Below are positions 1-10,667 of a DNA stretch of 64,000 bases, one piece after another. This stretch comes from Candidatus Obscuribacteraceae bacterium (lineage in GTDB: Bacteria; Cyanobacteriota; Vampirovibrionia; Obscuribacterales; Obscuribacteraceae). The notes below the pieces were generated by a model. That model made no database searches. It was not told the DNA's origin and saw only the letters and a list, made by a program, of their open reading frames with translations. The position numbers were made by a program, and so were the translations under genes. The stretch spans positions 224,001 to 288,000 of the forward strand of contig JBGAHS010000004.1 of the NCBI GenBank assembly GCA_044226015.1, in the 5' to 3' direction. Within the stretch, counting starts at the first letter, position 1. Every line of letters begins with the position of its first letter.

Positions 1-142
1 GCTCTTGACACTGCCAGAAAGTAAAGTTCGTAAACGCACTATTTGTAATGATCGCGGGGCACAAGGCCAGTCCCAGTATAATCAGGCTGCGCCAAAATGA
101 CACTTGGCGACCCTGCCATTACATTATAGAGAGGCGATAAAC

Positions 143-1171
143 ATGCGAATTGGCATCCTTACCGGCGGCGGCGACTGTCCAGGTCTCAATGCCGTGATAA
201 GAGCAGTTGTTAAAAGAAGTGCCAAAGACTACGGTTCTGAAGTGATCGGCTTCCTCGAAGGCTGGCGTGGACCGGTGGAAAATCTGGTTATGCCCCTGAG
301 CTTGCAATCAACCGGCGGGCTTATTCAAAGAGGCGGAACAATCATCAGAACTTCTAGAACTAACCCCTTCAAAGTTGAAGGTGGTCCAGAAAAAGTTCTG
401 GAATCAATGAAAAAAAACAACCTTGACGCACTCATTGCTGTTGGTGGAGAAGACACAACAGGAGTTGCGAACAAACTGTACAAGCAGTACAACCTTCCAG
501 TCGTTTGCGTTCCCAAGACAATTGACAATGACTTGAGCGCTACTGATTACACATTCGGTTTTGACACCGCAGTAAACATCGTGTGTGAAGCACTAGACCG
601 ATTGCACACGACTGCCGAGTCGCATAACCGAGTACTGGTCTGCGAAGTTATGGGTAGACATGCCGGATGGATCGCCTGCTACGGCGGTATCGCTGGTGGT
701 GCTGACTATATCTGTATTCCGGAAAAGCCCGTTGAAATTAAAGAGATGCTTCAGGTAATCAAAAAGCGTCATGCTCGTGGCAGACTCTTCTCAATTATCG
801 TTGTTGCTGAAGGCGCAAAGCTGGCTGAAGAAGAAATTCTCAAGGACAAAGAGCTTGATGCTTTCGGTCACGTTAAACTTGGTGGAATTGGTGAGCAAAT
901 CGCTAAGATTATCGAGAGAGAAACTGGCTATGAAACCCGTGCCATGACTCTGGGTCACTTGCAACGTGGTGGCGCTCCAAGCGCTTTCGACAGAATTCTT
1001 GGAACCAGATTTGGCGTTCGCGCTGCAGACCTGGTTCATGAGGGCAAATTCGGTTTGATGGTTGCGCTTCAAGGAACCAAAATTGTCAATGTTCCAATTG
1101 AAGAAGGTGTTGGTGCCCTGAAGACACTCGACGAAGAGATGTACAAAGTAGCAGAAGTATTCTTCGGCTAA
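143..1171 (+). CDS. pfkA: 6-phosphofructokinase
   Basis: GILTGGGDCPGLNAVIR, GGTIIRTSR, PKTIDND, EVMGRHAGWIA motifs; ATG at 143 behind GAGG preferred to the upstream TTG. Confidence 0.96.
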   Translation: MRIGILTGGGDCPGLNAVIRAVVKRSAKDYGSEVIGFLEGWRGPVENLVMPLSLQSTGGLIQRGGTIIRTSRTNPFKVEGGPEKVLESMKKNNLDALIAVGGEDTTGVANKLYKQYNLPVVCVPKTIDNDLSATDYTFGFDTAVNIVCEALDRLHTTAESHNRVLVCEVMGRHAGWIACYGGIAGGADYICIPEKPVEIKEMLQVIKKRHARGRLFSIIVVAEGAKLAEEEILKDKELDAFGHVKLGGIGEQIAKIIERETGYETRAMTLGHLQRGGAPSAFDRILGTRFGVRAADLVHEGKFGLMVALQGTKIVNVPIEEGVGALKTLDEEMYKVAEVFFG

Positions 1172-1206
1172 TAGTATTGCTCTGTAGTTTCAAACTATTG
1201 AAATGC

Positions 1207-1239
1207 AAAAGAGGAACCCTTAGCGGTTCCTCTTTTTTT
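1207..1239 (+). terminator. Rho-independent terminator after pfkA
   Basis: AAAAGAGGAACC-cttagc-GGTTCCTCTTTT perfect stem running into a T tract. Confidence 0.85.
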
Positions 1240-1395
1240 CCAGCTTGCTCACTTTTCCAGCTTAATGAATTTTTGGCAGCCAGCTGCAGCGGGCTCCAAA
1301 GCTTAAATCGCAAATAAAATTGCTTACACTCTTCCATATGTTCATCTCACCTGATACGCTTACAACCCTGTATTTGAGCTGGAGATGTAGAAGTC

Positions 1396-3504
1396 ATGAG
1401 CGAACTCGATGACAAACCCCGGAAGCTTGGCGAACTGCTGGTAGGAGCCGGGTTGGTGCCTGCTGAGCGCCTCAATGAGGGGCTCGATTACGCTAGAAGG
1501 CACAGTTTGCCTCTTGGTCGAGTTCTCATTACTTTGAAATTGCTTCGCGAGGAAGATCTGGAGTCAGTCTTGCATTCGCAAGCGCTCATGAAAATGGACC
1601 GCCTGCCCGCGAGACTTGCTGTAAAAGCTATTTCGCTGGCGTCAAGCAGCCATATTTCCATCGATAAAGCTCTGAAGAAGATTGGTTGGTTTTCTGAAAA
1701 ATATGTTGAAGGCGAAGCTATAAGCATTGCTGTTGCAAGAGAACAATTGCACAACTGCGAGTCATCTTTTGGTCACGACCATCCAGAAACCGCTGCTGCC
1801 TGTTTGAAGCTTGCCGAGTTGCTGACTGCAAATAGGAAGTTTCTCGATGCAGAACTGCTGTACAACAGAGCGCATCAAGTTGTTGAAGAGTGCTTCGGTG
1901 CTCAGAGCCTTGAGATGGCCAATCTGCTTTCACAAATTGGCGAACATTATTTCGCTCAAGATCGCTTTGCCGAAGCCGAGAAGAATTATTGGCAGGTTTA
2001 CGAAATCAAACTCAGCCTTTTGGGCGAACGAAACCTGGCGGTGGCAAAATGTTTGGAAGATCTGGCAGAGCTTTATGATGTTCAGTCAGAGTTTTTGCAA
2101 GCAGAACGCCTCTACCTGTCTTCGATTGGTATAAAAGAAAAACTGCTCGAAGCTGACGACCCTGAAATGCTATCGAGTCTGCGCAAGCTTGTTTTGATTT
2201 GCCGCCAGTCAGAGCACGGACCAGAGAGCCGCCCTACTGGTGAGTTGCTCGTAGAGTCCGGCATTGTTCAACAACAGCAGATTGATGAAGGCTTGAAAGT
2301 CGCTGAGAAATACAGCATTCCCATTGGTAGAGCACTCATCAATTTGAAGCAGCTCAACGAGGAAGACTTGCAGAGAGCAATGCACACTCAACTTCTAATG
2401 AAGGATGGTGGCATTCCTGGTTATATTGTGATTCGCGCGCTCAAAACAGCTTGTCGCATGAATCGCAGTTTGGCGGATGCTTTGAAATTATTGGGATGGA
2501 GGCGAGAACATCCCGCTGATCAACGTCATTTAGAACTACTTTTACGTTGTTCTGACGAGTTGATAAAACTTGAACAAGAACTAACCCCAGAGCATGTTGA
2601 TGTCGCAAAAAAATGCATTGAGTTAGCTGACCTTTATGCTGGAGCCAATAATTTGCGCGAAGCCGAGATTCTTCTGAAGCGTGCCTTGAACATTTTCATG
2701 GATCGCGTAGGTGAAGACGAAATTGATACAGCTTCTGCCTTGTGCAATCTCGCCCAAGTTCATTGCAGACAGCACAGGTTTGAAGAAGCAAATCACTTAA
2801 TGGAGAGAGCAATAAATCTGGCTCGCAAGCGGAACACAAAGGGCTCTCACGAGCTTGCAGATTATCTCGAAAAACAGTCGCGCATCTTGTTAGCTGCTGG
2901 ACAAAAAAAGGAATCATTGTCCAAGGCAAGTGAACTTTTGACTCTCGCTAAGAAGCTTGAGAAGGGAGACACAGCCTATATTTCGCAGATACTAGAACTG
3001 CAAGGCGACATCCATATGATGCTCGACCAGTCTGCTCCTGCAATCAAAGCCTATTTGCAGAGTTTGACGATTCGTGAAAAGGTTTTGACTGGTGGCAATC
3101 CACAAGTCACCGGGCTCTTAAATAAGATTGGTCAGATGGAACTGGCGGAGAAACGCCCCAAAGAAGCTCTTCCTCACTTTCAGAAGGCGCTCGATTTGAG
3201 CAGAAAGCTATTTGGTGACAATCATCCGATGACAGCTTTTGCTGAAATAAACACTGCTAATTGTTATGTGCAGTTGAAGGACCCGAAAAAGGCCAAAGTA
3301 TCCTTCGAAAGAGCTGTTAAGGCGATGGAAGACTCCGCAGAAGTGAATCAAAAGGACATGTCCAGCGTGCTTGAGCAGTACGCCAACTTCCTGCGCAACA
3401 ACGGGCTAGATACCGAGGCAAAGCACGTTGAAGATAGAATATCGAAATTGCGAGGTGCTACTGACCTGCGACAAACAGCTGTGCACCTGAAAGTAATGCA
3501 TTGA
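1396..3504 (+). CDS. TPR protein with two MshEN/GspE-N-like modules
   Basis: RKLGELLVGAGLV...LGRVLI...LHSQ and RPTGELLVESGIV...IGRALI...MHTQ, each followed by kinesin-light-chain-type TPRs (GxDHPxTA...). Confidence 0.75.
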   Translation: MSELDDKPRKLGELLVGAGLVPAERLNEGLDYARRHSLPLGRVLITLKLLREEDLESVLHSQALMKMDRLPARLAVKAISLASSSHISIDKALKKIGWFSEKYVEGEAISIAVAREQLHNCESSFGHDHPETAAACLKLAELLTANRKFLDAELLYNRAHQVVEECFGAQSLEMANLLSQIGEHYFAQDRFAEAEKNYWQVYEIKLSLLGERNLAVAKCLEDLAELYDVQSEFLQAERLYLSSIGIKEKLLEADDPEMLSSLRKLVLICRQSEHGPESRPTGELLVESGIVQQQQIDEGLKVAEKYSIPIGRALINLKQLNEEDLQRAMHTQLLMKDGGIPGYIVIRALKTACRMNRSLADALKLLGWRREHPADQRHLELLLRCSDELIKLEQELTPEHVDVAKKCIELADLYAGANNLREAEILLKRALNIFMDRVGEDEIDTASALCNLAQVHCRQHRFEEANHLMERAINLARKRNTKGSHELADYLEKQSRILLAAGQKKESLSKASELLTLAKKLEKGDTAYISQILELQGDIHMMLDQSAPAIKAYLQSLTIREKVLTGGNPQVTGLLNKIGQMELAEKRPKEALPHFQKALDLSRKLFGDNHPMTAFAEINTANCYVQLKDPKKAKVSFERAVKAMEDSAEVNQKDMSSVLEQYANFLRNNGLDTEAKHVEDRISKLRGATDLRQTAVHLKVMH

Positions 3505-4634
3505 TGGAGCAGTCCCAGGTCGATCGCGAAATGATGCAGCGATGCATCGCTCTTGCGCGTAAAGCTGAAGGACGAACCTCACCAAATCCGATGGTTGGTG
3601 CCGTGGTTCTAGATGCCGAAGGCAAGATTGTTGGAGAAGGCTTTCATCCGAAAGCTGGAATGCCTCATGCGGAAGTTTTTGCGCTTGATCAATCAGCTGA
3701 TAAAAGTGTGGGGGGAACGCTTTACGTCAATCTAGAGCCGTGTTCGCACTTCGGCAGAACGCCACCATGCGCTGATAGGGTTATCGCTAGTGGAGTGAAA
3801 AGAGTCGTGGTGGGCATGATTGATCCCAACCCGAAAGTTGCAGGAGCCGGCGTAAAGAGACTCACCGAATCTGGTATCAAGGTCGATTTTTCTCAACTCG
3901 AAACGGAGTGTCAAGTTCTCAATCGAGCATTTGTCAAACGAGTCAGCTCAGGTTTACCCTGGCTGACTCTGAAAATGGCTTGTACACTTGATGGGCGTAT
4001 TGCTGATCGCGATGGAAAAAGCCGCTGGATTTCCGGACCAGAAGCAAGGGCTTTTGTTCACTCACTGCGCAATACATATGACTGTGTTCTGATTGGCGGT
4101 GCCACGGTAGCGAAAGATGATCCTGAACTGAATGTTCGAGATATTGAAAACAGCCGTAACCCGCATAGAGCTGTTATCGCTCCTCGACTGGATCTCACTA
4201 AGGGACTGCGACTCTTCAAAACTACATCCCCAGATCTAATTACTGCGATTTTTTACGATAGCAGGAAGGTAGAAAAGGTTTCTGACTACGGACAGAACTG
4301 CACGTTGGTGAATTTGCATGAGCTTTCAGAAGGTAACTCATCTTTGAAGAATGCTTTGCTCTGGCTTGCACAGCAGGGAGTTCAATCAGTACTATGCGAA
4401 GGCGGTGGAAGGCTGGCGGCTGCGCTGCTCAAAGAAGGTCTAGTGGACGAGGTCTGCTGGATTCTCGCTCCGAAATTTCTTCCCGATGATCTGGCGAAAT
4501 CAGGGCTTTCTTCTGATGGAGCTGTGTCCATCGAGCAAGCCATTAACTTGCATGATCCAGAATACATTCAACTGGGGCGAGACATTCTGGTGCGTGGATT
4601 AGTCCGCTCTGGTGATGAGAAAAATACAATCTAA
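3501..4634 (+). CDS. ribD: Bifunctional diaminohydroxyphosphoribosylaminopyrimidine deaminase / reductase
   Basis: TSPNPMVGAV, HAE, LEPCSHFGRTPPC, TLDGRIA...SRWIS, EGGG motifs. Confidence 0.96.
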   Translation: MMEQSQVDREMMQRCIALARKAEGRTSPNPMVGAVVLDAEGKIVGEGFHPKAGMPHAEVFALDQSADKSVGGTLYVNLEPCSHFGRTPPCADRVIASGVKRVVVGMIDPNPKVAGAGVKRLTESGIKVDFSQLETECQVLNRAFVKRVSSGLPWLTLKMACTLDGRIADRDGKSRWISGPEARAFVHSLRNTYDCVLIGGATVAKDDPELNVRDIENSRNPHRAVIAPRLDLTKGLRLFKTTSPDLITAIFYDSRKVEKVSDYGQNCTLVNLHELSEGNSSLKNALLWLAQQGVQSVLCEGGGRLAAALLKEGLVDEVCWILAPKFLPDDLAKSGLSSDGAVSIEQAINLHDPEYIQLGRDILVRGLVRSGDEKNTI

Positions 4635-4792
4635 GCTGAACTTTGGAGCTTTCAAGGCTTTGATTTTCAATTTTTCCTTAGAGAATCTTTGGAAAGTGTC
4701 GGTCTGGGTATGCGTTTCCAGGTTTTAAGGTTACACTTAAGCCTGTACCTGTTTTCGCGGGCGATCCAAATCGCTTTCTAGGAGCGTGTCAA

Positions 4793-6181
4793 ATGACACA
4801 ATCACTTATTGACACCAAAAAAGTCGCTGAAGCAAAATCTGAAAAAGCCCAAGCTACCGTTTATATCGAAACATTCGGCTGCCAGATGAACAAGGCAGAC
4901 TCCGAAAACATGCTTGGATTGCTTGAAGAAATCGGTTACACAAAAACTGATGATCTCAAAAGCGCCGACTTGCGAATACTGAATACATGCGCTATCCGTG
5001 GTGGCGCCGAAGACAAAGTATTCAGTCATTTGGGTCACTGGCACAAGCTAAAGCGAACGATAAATCCAGGCAGTCTGATTGCTGTTGGTGGCTGTGTAGC
5101 ACAGGATGAGGGCGCGAATATGTTCAAGCGCTCGCCTGGCGTCGATATTGTTTTTGGTACTCATAATCTCTTCCGTTTGCCTGAGTTAGTCATGCGTGCC
5201 AGAGGCGGTGAAAAGAGAGTCGTAGAAATTTACCAGGAGCTGCCTGAAGATTTGCCCGAGATGCCAGTTATAAGGCAGAGTGACATTAGTGCCTGGGTTT
5301 CGGTTATTTATGGTTGTGATTACAACTGCACTTATTGCATCGTTCCTTACGTGCGTGGAAGAGAGAAGAGCCGTCCGGCCGATCAAATTCTTAGAGAAAT
5401 TGAAGAACTCGCAGATGCCGGCTATCTGGAAGTGACTCTGCTGGGGCAGAATGTAACTGCTTACGGTCACGATTTAGACCCGGTTTTGCATCTCGGTGAC
5501 CTTATTCGCAGAACTGGAAAAATCGAGAAAATCAAGCGCGTGCGCTTTTTGACAGGGCACCCGCGCGATTTGAAGGAAGAGATAATTGATGCCGTGGCAG
5601 AAACAGCGAATGCTTGCGAGAACTTTCATATACCAATTCAGTCGGGTGATGATCGCATCTTGAGGCGAATGGCTCGCGGATATAAGACTGATTTTTACAG
5701 AAAAATGGTCGACAAAATAAGGACCAGAGTTCCTAACTCAGCACTGACATCTGATTTCATTGTGGGCTTCCCAGGCGAAACAGAGCAAGAGTTCATGAAC
5801 ACCGTAAACTTCATTGAGGAAATGGGTTTCGATAGCTGCATGACTGCTGCTTATTCTCCGCGTCCGCACACACCTGCATCTAACTGGCCAGATCAGGTTC
5901 CGGAAACTGAGAAGTTTGAGCGCTTACGATTCCTCAATTCTGTCGTTAATGAGGTTGCTCATAAGTGCAACAAAGCTTATCTTGGGCGAACGGAAGAAGT
6001 CCTGGTTGAAGGTAAGAGTTCTCGTAATGAAGAGCGACTGACTGGCAGGACACGCACAGGAAAGATCGTAAACTTTGAAGGACCAGAACTCTTGATTGGA
6101 AAATTGGTCGACGTTGTGATTGAGTCTGCAAATCCATGGGCTCTTCGTGGAAGCATTAAAGTTCACGGCTTCGTGAAGTAA
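4793..6181 (+). CDS. miaB: tRNA-2-methylthio-N6-dimethylallyladenosine synthase
   Basis: TFGCQMN, NTCAIR, GCxAQ, CDYNCTYCIVPYVRGREKSR radical SAM motif, C-terminal TRAM domain. Confidence 0.96.
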   Translation: MTQSLIDTKKVAEAKSEKAQATVYIETFGCQMNKADSENMLGLLEEIGYTKTDDLKSADLRILNTCAIRGGAEDKVFSHLGHWHKLKRTINPGSLIAVGGCVAQDEGANMFKRSPGVDIVFGTHNLFRLPELVMRARGGEKRVVEIYQELPEDLPEMPVIRQSDISAWVSVIYGCDYNCTYCIVPYVRGREKSRPADQILREIEELADAGYLEVTLLGQNVTAYGHDLDPVLHLGDLIRRTGKIEKIKRVRFLTGHPRDLKEEIIDAVAETANACENFHIPIQSGDDRILRRMARGYKTDFYRKMVDKIRTRVPNSALTSDFIVGFPGETEQEFMNTVNFIEEMGFDSCMTAAYSPRPHTPASNWPDQVPETEKFERLRFLNSVVNEVAHKCNKAYLGRTEEVLVEGKSSRNEERLTGRTRTGKIVNFEGPELLIGKLVDVVIESANPWALRGSIKVHGFVK

Positions 6182-6204
6182 GCACTTTTCTTTTAGAAAT
6201 CAGC

Positions 6205-8760
6205 TCATTCATTTTCGTTGTCGGCGGCTTCGGCTGATTCCGCTTCTTTTTCTAATTTCTGGTATTCAGGCTCGCGCTTGCTCAATTCGTGATGACTGTC
6301 CATTGCTATTCTTGCCACGCGTAAGTAGTCTCTGCTAAGAGCTTTATTCTTTGTTTTGAGTTTATGGCAAAGTTCAAAGACCTTATTCAAAAACTCATCT
6401 GCGCTCGTTTTCTTGCAAGCTTTGTCTATGTAGTTCTGCGCTCTATCTGGAAACTTAATTGCAAGGTATGTGTATACCTCACAAATATGAGCGTTTGAAA
6501 ATTTAGCTCGGTCAATGTTCTGGTCGAGTAATTCAAGAACCCTGGTCTGTTCCCTTTGTGCTTTAGAACCTGTGTTGTTTTGAAAATCTCTAACCAGTTG
6601 AAGAAGCAGAGCCGCTGATTCCTCGGGCTCTGAATTCAGATGATTTGACAGTAATGGACCTATTGTTGTCCACAGTCTTTGATGGCTATATTCCACCGGA
6701 TAAAGCACTGGAATCAGAGCTTTGCTTGATGGCAAAAAATATTTTGTGTCCTCCGCGTCGATTCTACTCAAATAAGTCAAACCTTCCTTCAGTACAGTTT
6801 CTTTTCTGTTTGCGGCGCCGGACTTCAGAGCGGTTAAGTAGATAATCTCCACCTGATCTCTCAGGTCTGGTTTTAATTCATTCAGTCGCACTGCACGAGT
6901 CAGTGCTGTTGCGTATTGCAGCGCCTTTTGCGGCTCATTATTTTCGATGAATGCGTTTACTCGGTAGCTCATCAAATTGACTGATTCATTACTGTAAAAA
7001 TCACTTTTTTCGGTAGGAAGATCTCCGTACATAAATCCTGTAATTTCAAGCATTTCATTTGCGGAGATATCCTGACGAATAAGCCTGCAGAATTCTGCGA
7101 GTCTGGACACATTGATGAACTCCTCTTTTTCAAATGCTCTTCGTAATGAGTTCGCAGCTTGCAAGGCTATTGCCTTTCTCTTCTCTGATGAATATTCCGT
7201 GTGAAAAAGCAGTTCCCGAGTTAACGCAAGAGCCCTACCCACATTATCGTTTTGCGTTATGCTGACTAGATACTCATTTAGTTTTCTTGCGTTGTCTGAG
7301 CGTTTTGTAAGTCCGAAAACGTCTTCGCAAGCAAGTATGTTGTCGCGCAACATTGGCATCAATTCTGGTTCTTTCTCGATTGTTTTTGAAATTAATCGCA
7401 GATATTTGATGGTGTCATCATAATTGCTAATCCACGAGCTTAATAATGCCAGGTATGAAAGCCTCTCTAATTCACTTTTGGGGTCTGCTAAATGGGTTTG
7501 GCTGAGCCTGTTCAAAATGTTCTGAAAGACAGCTCGTTTTGAATAACCAGCATCGTTTTGCTTTTTGACAGTGATATTGTATTGAAGGCATTTCTGGGCA
7601 ATTTTAGCCAACTTCAAAGGCGCTATCGTCTTATTTGATGCATTTGAGATCAGAAAGCTGTTTGCCTGCTCAAACAACTTGTCGTTGCTAATATCGCTAC
7701 TTTCGCTGAAGTATCGTGCCCGGTCCTTGAGTTCTACTTTCTCGGGGGCTTTGCCAAAATGAAGGGCGCTAAGAGTAATCAACCCCATGATTAATCCGAC
7801 GGCTACAATAGACCAGAACCACTTTTTTTCAAGGACTTTTCTTGAATCTGATTCGCCCGAGGAATTTGAGCATGCTTCTAATGCTATTAGCAATTCTGAT
7901 GCAGTCTGAAATCTCTTTGTCCTGTCCTTTTCGCAGCAACGCAAAATGCAGTCAGCAAATTTCTTGCTTATGCCATATTTAGCTGGCACAGAGAGTAATG
8001 GTTTGTTTACGTGGTTGTGCATCGTTGCTAGCTCGTTTGCATCTTCCATGGGCGGCGTGCCCACCATTGCCTCGTACATCACGCAAGCTAGCGAATAAAT
8101 GTCAGAGCGTTGATCGAGTTCCTTTTCACTACATTGCTCTGGGCTCATGTAGTTTACGGTTCCCAACATGACGCCTGTCTGAGTCAGGTTTTGATTGCTT
8201 GATTGAAGTGCTTTGAATATTCCAAAGTCGAGCAGTTTTGCAATTCGTTCGTCGGGTTCCTCTAAAAGCATTATGTTGGCTGGTTTGAGGTCACGGTGGA
8301 TAATATGCTTTTCGTGCGCATATTCTAGGGACTTGCAAATTTTGATGAAAATTGGAATGGCTTCTTCTTGTTTCAGAGGACCGTTTTTTTTCAATTTCTC
8401 AGCAAGAGTCTCACCTTTTAGGCGCTCTAAAACCATGTAGTTGCGACCATCTGGGAGACTCGAGAATGCAAGAAACTGTACGATGTTCTCATGATCAAAT
8501 GTACTTAAGACCTGAGCTTCATTCTTGAATCGCAATGATGAATCAGAACTTTGTTCTGGAACCTTATTCAGGATTTTAACTGCTACTGTTTTTTCAAGTA
8601 GCCTGTGGAATGCTTCGTAAACAACTCCATTGCCACCTTCGCCAATGATCTTCCGTACTTCCATCTTCTGGTCAATTAGTGTTCCAACCAGGTTTGAAGA
8701 CGAACTCGGGCTGTCTGGCCTTTGTTGTTCGTCTTCAGGTTCGTGTTCGCGATTCTTCAA
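6205..8760 (-). CDS. Hanks-type Ser/Thr protein kinase with transmembrane helix and divergent helical C-terminal region
   Basis: IGEGGNGVVY, VAVK, HRDLKPANI, DFG, GTVNYMSPEQ, SDIYSL; hydrophobic WFWSIVAVGLIMGLITLSAL. Confidence 0.92.
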   Translation of the reverse strand: MKNREHEPEDEQQRPDSPSSSSNLVGTLIDQKMEVRKIIGEGGNGVVYEAFHRLLEKTVAVKILNKVPEQSSDSSLRFKNEAQVLSTFDHENIVQFLAFSSLPDGRNYMVLERLKGETLAEKLKKNGPLKQEEAIPIFIKICKSLEYAHEKHIIHRDLKPANIMLLEEPDERIAKLLDFGIFKALQSSNQNLTQTGVMLGTVNYMSPEQCSEKELDQRSDIYSLACVMYEAMVGTPPMEDANELATMHNHVNKPLLSVPAKYGISKKFADCILRCCEKDRTKRFQTASELLIALEACSNSSGESDSRKVLEKKWFWSIVAVGLIMGLITLSALHFGKAPEKVELKDRARYFSESSDISNDKLFEQANSFLISNASNKTIAPLKLAKIAQKCLQYNITVKKQNDAGYSKRAVFQNILNRLSQTHLADPKSELERLSYLALLSSWISNYDDTIKYLRLISKTIEKEPELMPMLRDNILACEDVFGLTKRSDNARKLNEYLVSITQNDNVGRALALTRELLFHTEYSSEKRKAIALQAANSLRRAFEKEEFINVSRLAEFCRLIRQDISANEMLEITGFMYGDLPTEKSDFYSNESVNLMSYRVNAFIENNEPQKALQYATALTRAVRLNELKPDLRDQVEIIYLTALKSGAANRKETVLKEGLTYLSRIDAEDTKYFLPSSKALIPVLYPVEYSHQRLWTTIGPLLSNHLNSEPEESAALLLQLVRDFQNNTGSKAQREQTRVLELLDQNIDRAKFSNAHICEVYTYLAIKFPDRAQNYIDKACKKTSADEFLNKVFELCHKLKTKNKALSRDYLRVARIAMDSHHELSKREPEYQKLEKEAESAEAADNENE

Positions 8761-8793
8761 TCAGAACTCACCGTTGATTATGGATTGGAAGTA

Positions 8794-10614
8794 TTATTCT
8801 TTCGGAGCTTTAATGACTGCTTGAACTGATTTCTGACCGTTTCGGAAAATCCATGGTGGAACTGGTTTAGCGCTGGTCCAGATACCAATCTTGGCTATCT
8901 TTGCAGTGTTCTGGAGCCGTTTCAGTTCTTCGTCTTTGGGGGCGTACTTGTCGCTCCACCAGGCCAGTCCCTTCTCAACCAGCTCTTGATTCAGATTGCA
9001 GCCGTCGTCGAGAATAACATCGGCAATGGTTCTGCCCATGCGATCCTTACCATGTAAGGTCAAAGTGACCATCTTATTCTTGCAAATTTGTTCTGTAAAA
9101 CTCTTCGCCTGGGGTCCATATTCCTGAGCCATCTCTGGGCAGTCTATTCCGTAGAGAATAACTTTCTCTTTTTTCTGATCACGCAGAATTGTAAGACTGT
9201 CTCCATCTTGCACCGATACAATTTTAGCCTTTATGTCTTCGGCGCTTGCCGGTAGGGCTGACAGTGCGATGAGCATCAATACGGCAAGAACTGACACGAG
9301 TTCCTTGCTTATTCTCTCGATTGTACTAAGCGCAATTTTTCTAACTTCTTCTCTTCTAGCCACTTTATCTCTTACTTTCATTAGTTCTTCCGGTGTATCA
9401 ATTATTCCCCAATTTGAATTTATTGGTTGGAAGTGCTTTGCGTCAGCACTAGTGATGTAGCGTATTAAAGCTCCGATCATGCAAGTACCCGGCAAAGTCA
9501 ATAATTCCTCGCCATTTAATCGTCTTGCTGCATTAATTGCAGCGATGATACCAGTGGCAGTGCTCTCCGAGTAGCCCTCTACGCCAGTCAACTGACCGGC
9601 AAAAAATACATCGGGACGTTTGCGCAGGTTCAAACTAGGCGACAAGACCACGGGGCTGTTCAAATAAGTGTTGCGATGCATGACGCCGAGTCTGACAAAT
9701 TCGGCAGATTCCAAACCTGGTATCAGTCCAAAGATTCGTTTCTGGTCAGGCCATTTCAAGTTCGTTTGAAAACCAACTATGTTGTAGAGCTTGGCGGCTG
9801 CATTGTCTTGTCTCAGTTGAACGACTGCGTAGGCTCGTTTTCCAGTCTTGGGGTCTTCCAATCCAACAGGTTTCATCGGACCAAATCGCAGTGTATCCAC
9901 ACCTCTTGAAGCGATGACTTCGACCGGTAAGCAAGATTCAAAATATGGTGTGTCTTTCTCGAAGTCCTTGAGCTCAACCCTTTCCCCTTCAGTTAAGGCT
10001 GTCCAAAACGCGAGGTACTGTTCTTTGTTCATTGGGCAATTAATGTAGACGCCTTCACCTTTGTCATAGCGACTTTTCTCATAGGCGATTTCCATGTTGA
10101 CAGATTCGCGCGTGAGAATTGGAGCTGCGGCATCGAAAAAATGTAATTGAGCTTCGCCCGTGGTGCTGCTTATTGACTCAGCTAGAGCTGCAGATGTTAG
10201 AGGTCCGGTCGCTACAACGCATACACCATCGGTTGGAATGCTCGTTATTTCTTCCCTGTGCAAGGTGATAAAAGAATTGCCGCTGATTGCTTCAGTAATT
10301 GTGTTTGCAAAAGCTTCTCTGTCGACTGCCAGCGCGCCACCAGCCGGAACTTTGCAGTTCCAGGCCGATTGCACAATCAGTGAATCGAGAATTCGCATCT
10401 CTTCTTTGAGAAGCGCCGAAGCATTCTTGCTATCATAAGAACCGAGGCTGTTCGAGCAAACCAGTTCGGAAAGATTATTTGTGTGATGCGCGCCGGTCAT
10501 CTTTACAGGTCGCATTTCATAAAGGTCGACGTGTATGCCTCGGCGCGCCAGTTGCCAGGCTGCTTCAGTTCCAGCCAGACCGCCACCGATAACCGTAACT
10601 CGCTTTTCGGACAT
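8794..10614 (-). CDS. trmFO: Folate/FAD-dependent tRNA (uracil-54-C5) methyltransferase TrmFO fused in frame to a hydrophobic segment and an SNase-like nuclease domain
   Basis: GGGLAGTEAAWQ, ELVCSNSL, FGPMKPVGL, VGFQTNLKW, GVMHRNTY, AGQLTGVEGY; C-terminal DGDSL...YGIDCPE...DRMGRTIA...GLAW...GIW..PPW. Confidence 0.93.
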   Translation of the reverse strand: MSEKRVTVIGGGLAGTEAAWQLARRGIHVDLYEMRPVKMTGAHHTNNLSELVCSNSLGSYDSKNASALLKEEMRILDSLIVQSAWNCKVPAGGALAVDREAFANTITEAISGNSFITLHREEITSIPTDGVCVVATGPLTSAALAESISSTTGEAQLHFFDAAAPILTRESVNMEIAYEKSRYDKGEGVYINCPMNKEQYLAFWTALTEGERVELKDFEKDTPYFESCLPVEVIASRGVDTLRFGPMKPVGLEDPKTGKRAYAVVQLRQDNAAAKLYNIVGFQTNLKWPDQKRIFGLIPGLESAEFVRLGVMHRNTYLNSPVVLSPSLNLRKRPDVFFAGQLTGVEGYSESTATGIIAAINAARRLNGEELLTLPGTCMIGALIRYITSADAKHFQPINSNWGIIDTPEELMKVRDKVARREEVRKIALSTIERISKELVSVLAVLMLIALSALPASAEDIKAKIVSVQDGDSLTILRDQKKEKVILYGIDCPEMAQEYGPQAKSFTEQICKNKMVTLTLHGKDRMGRTIADVILDDGCNLNQELVEKGLAWWSDKYAPKDEELKRLQNTAKIAKIGIWTSAKPVPPWIFRNGQKSVQAVIKAPKE

Positions 10615-10667
10615 TTTTCTTCCTCCGATGACACCCGCCATCGCTTCGGGAAGTCATTATATCCCAG

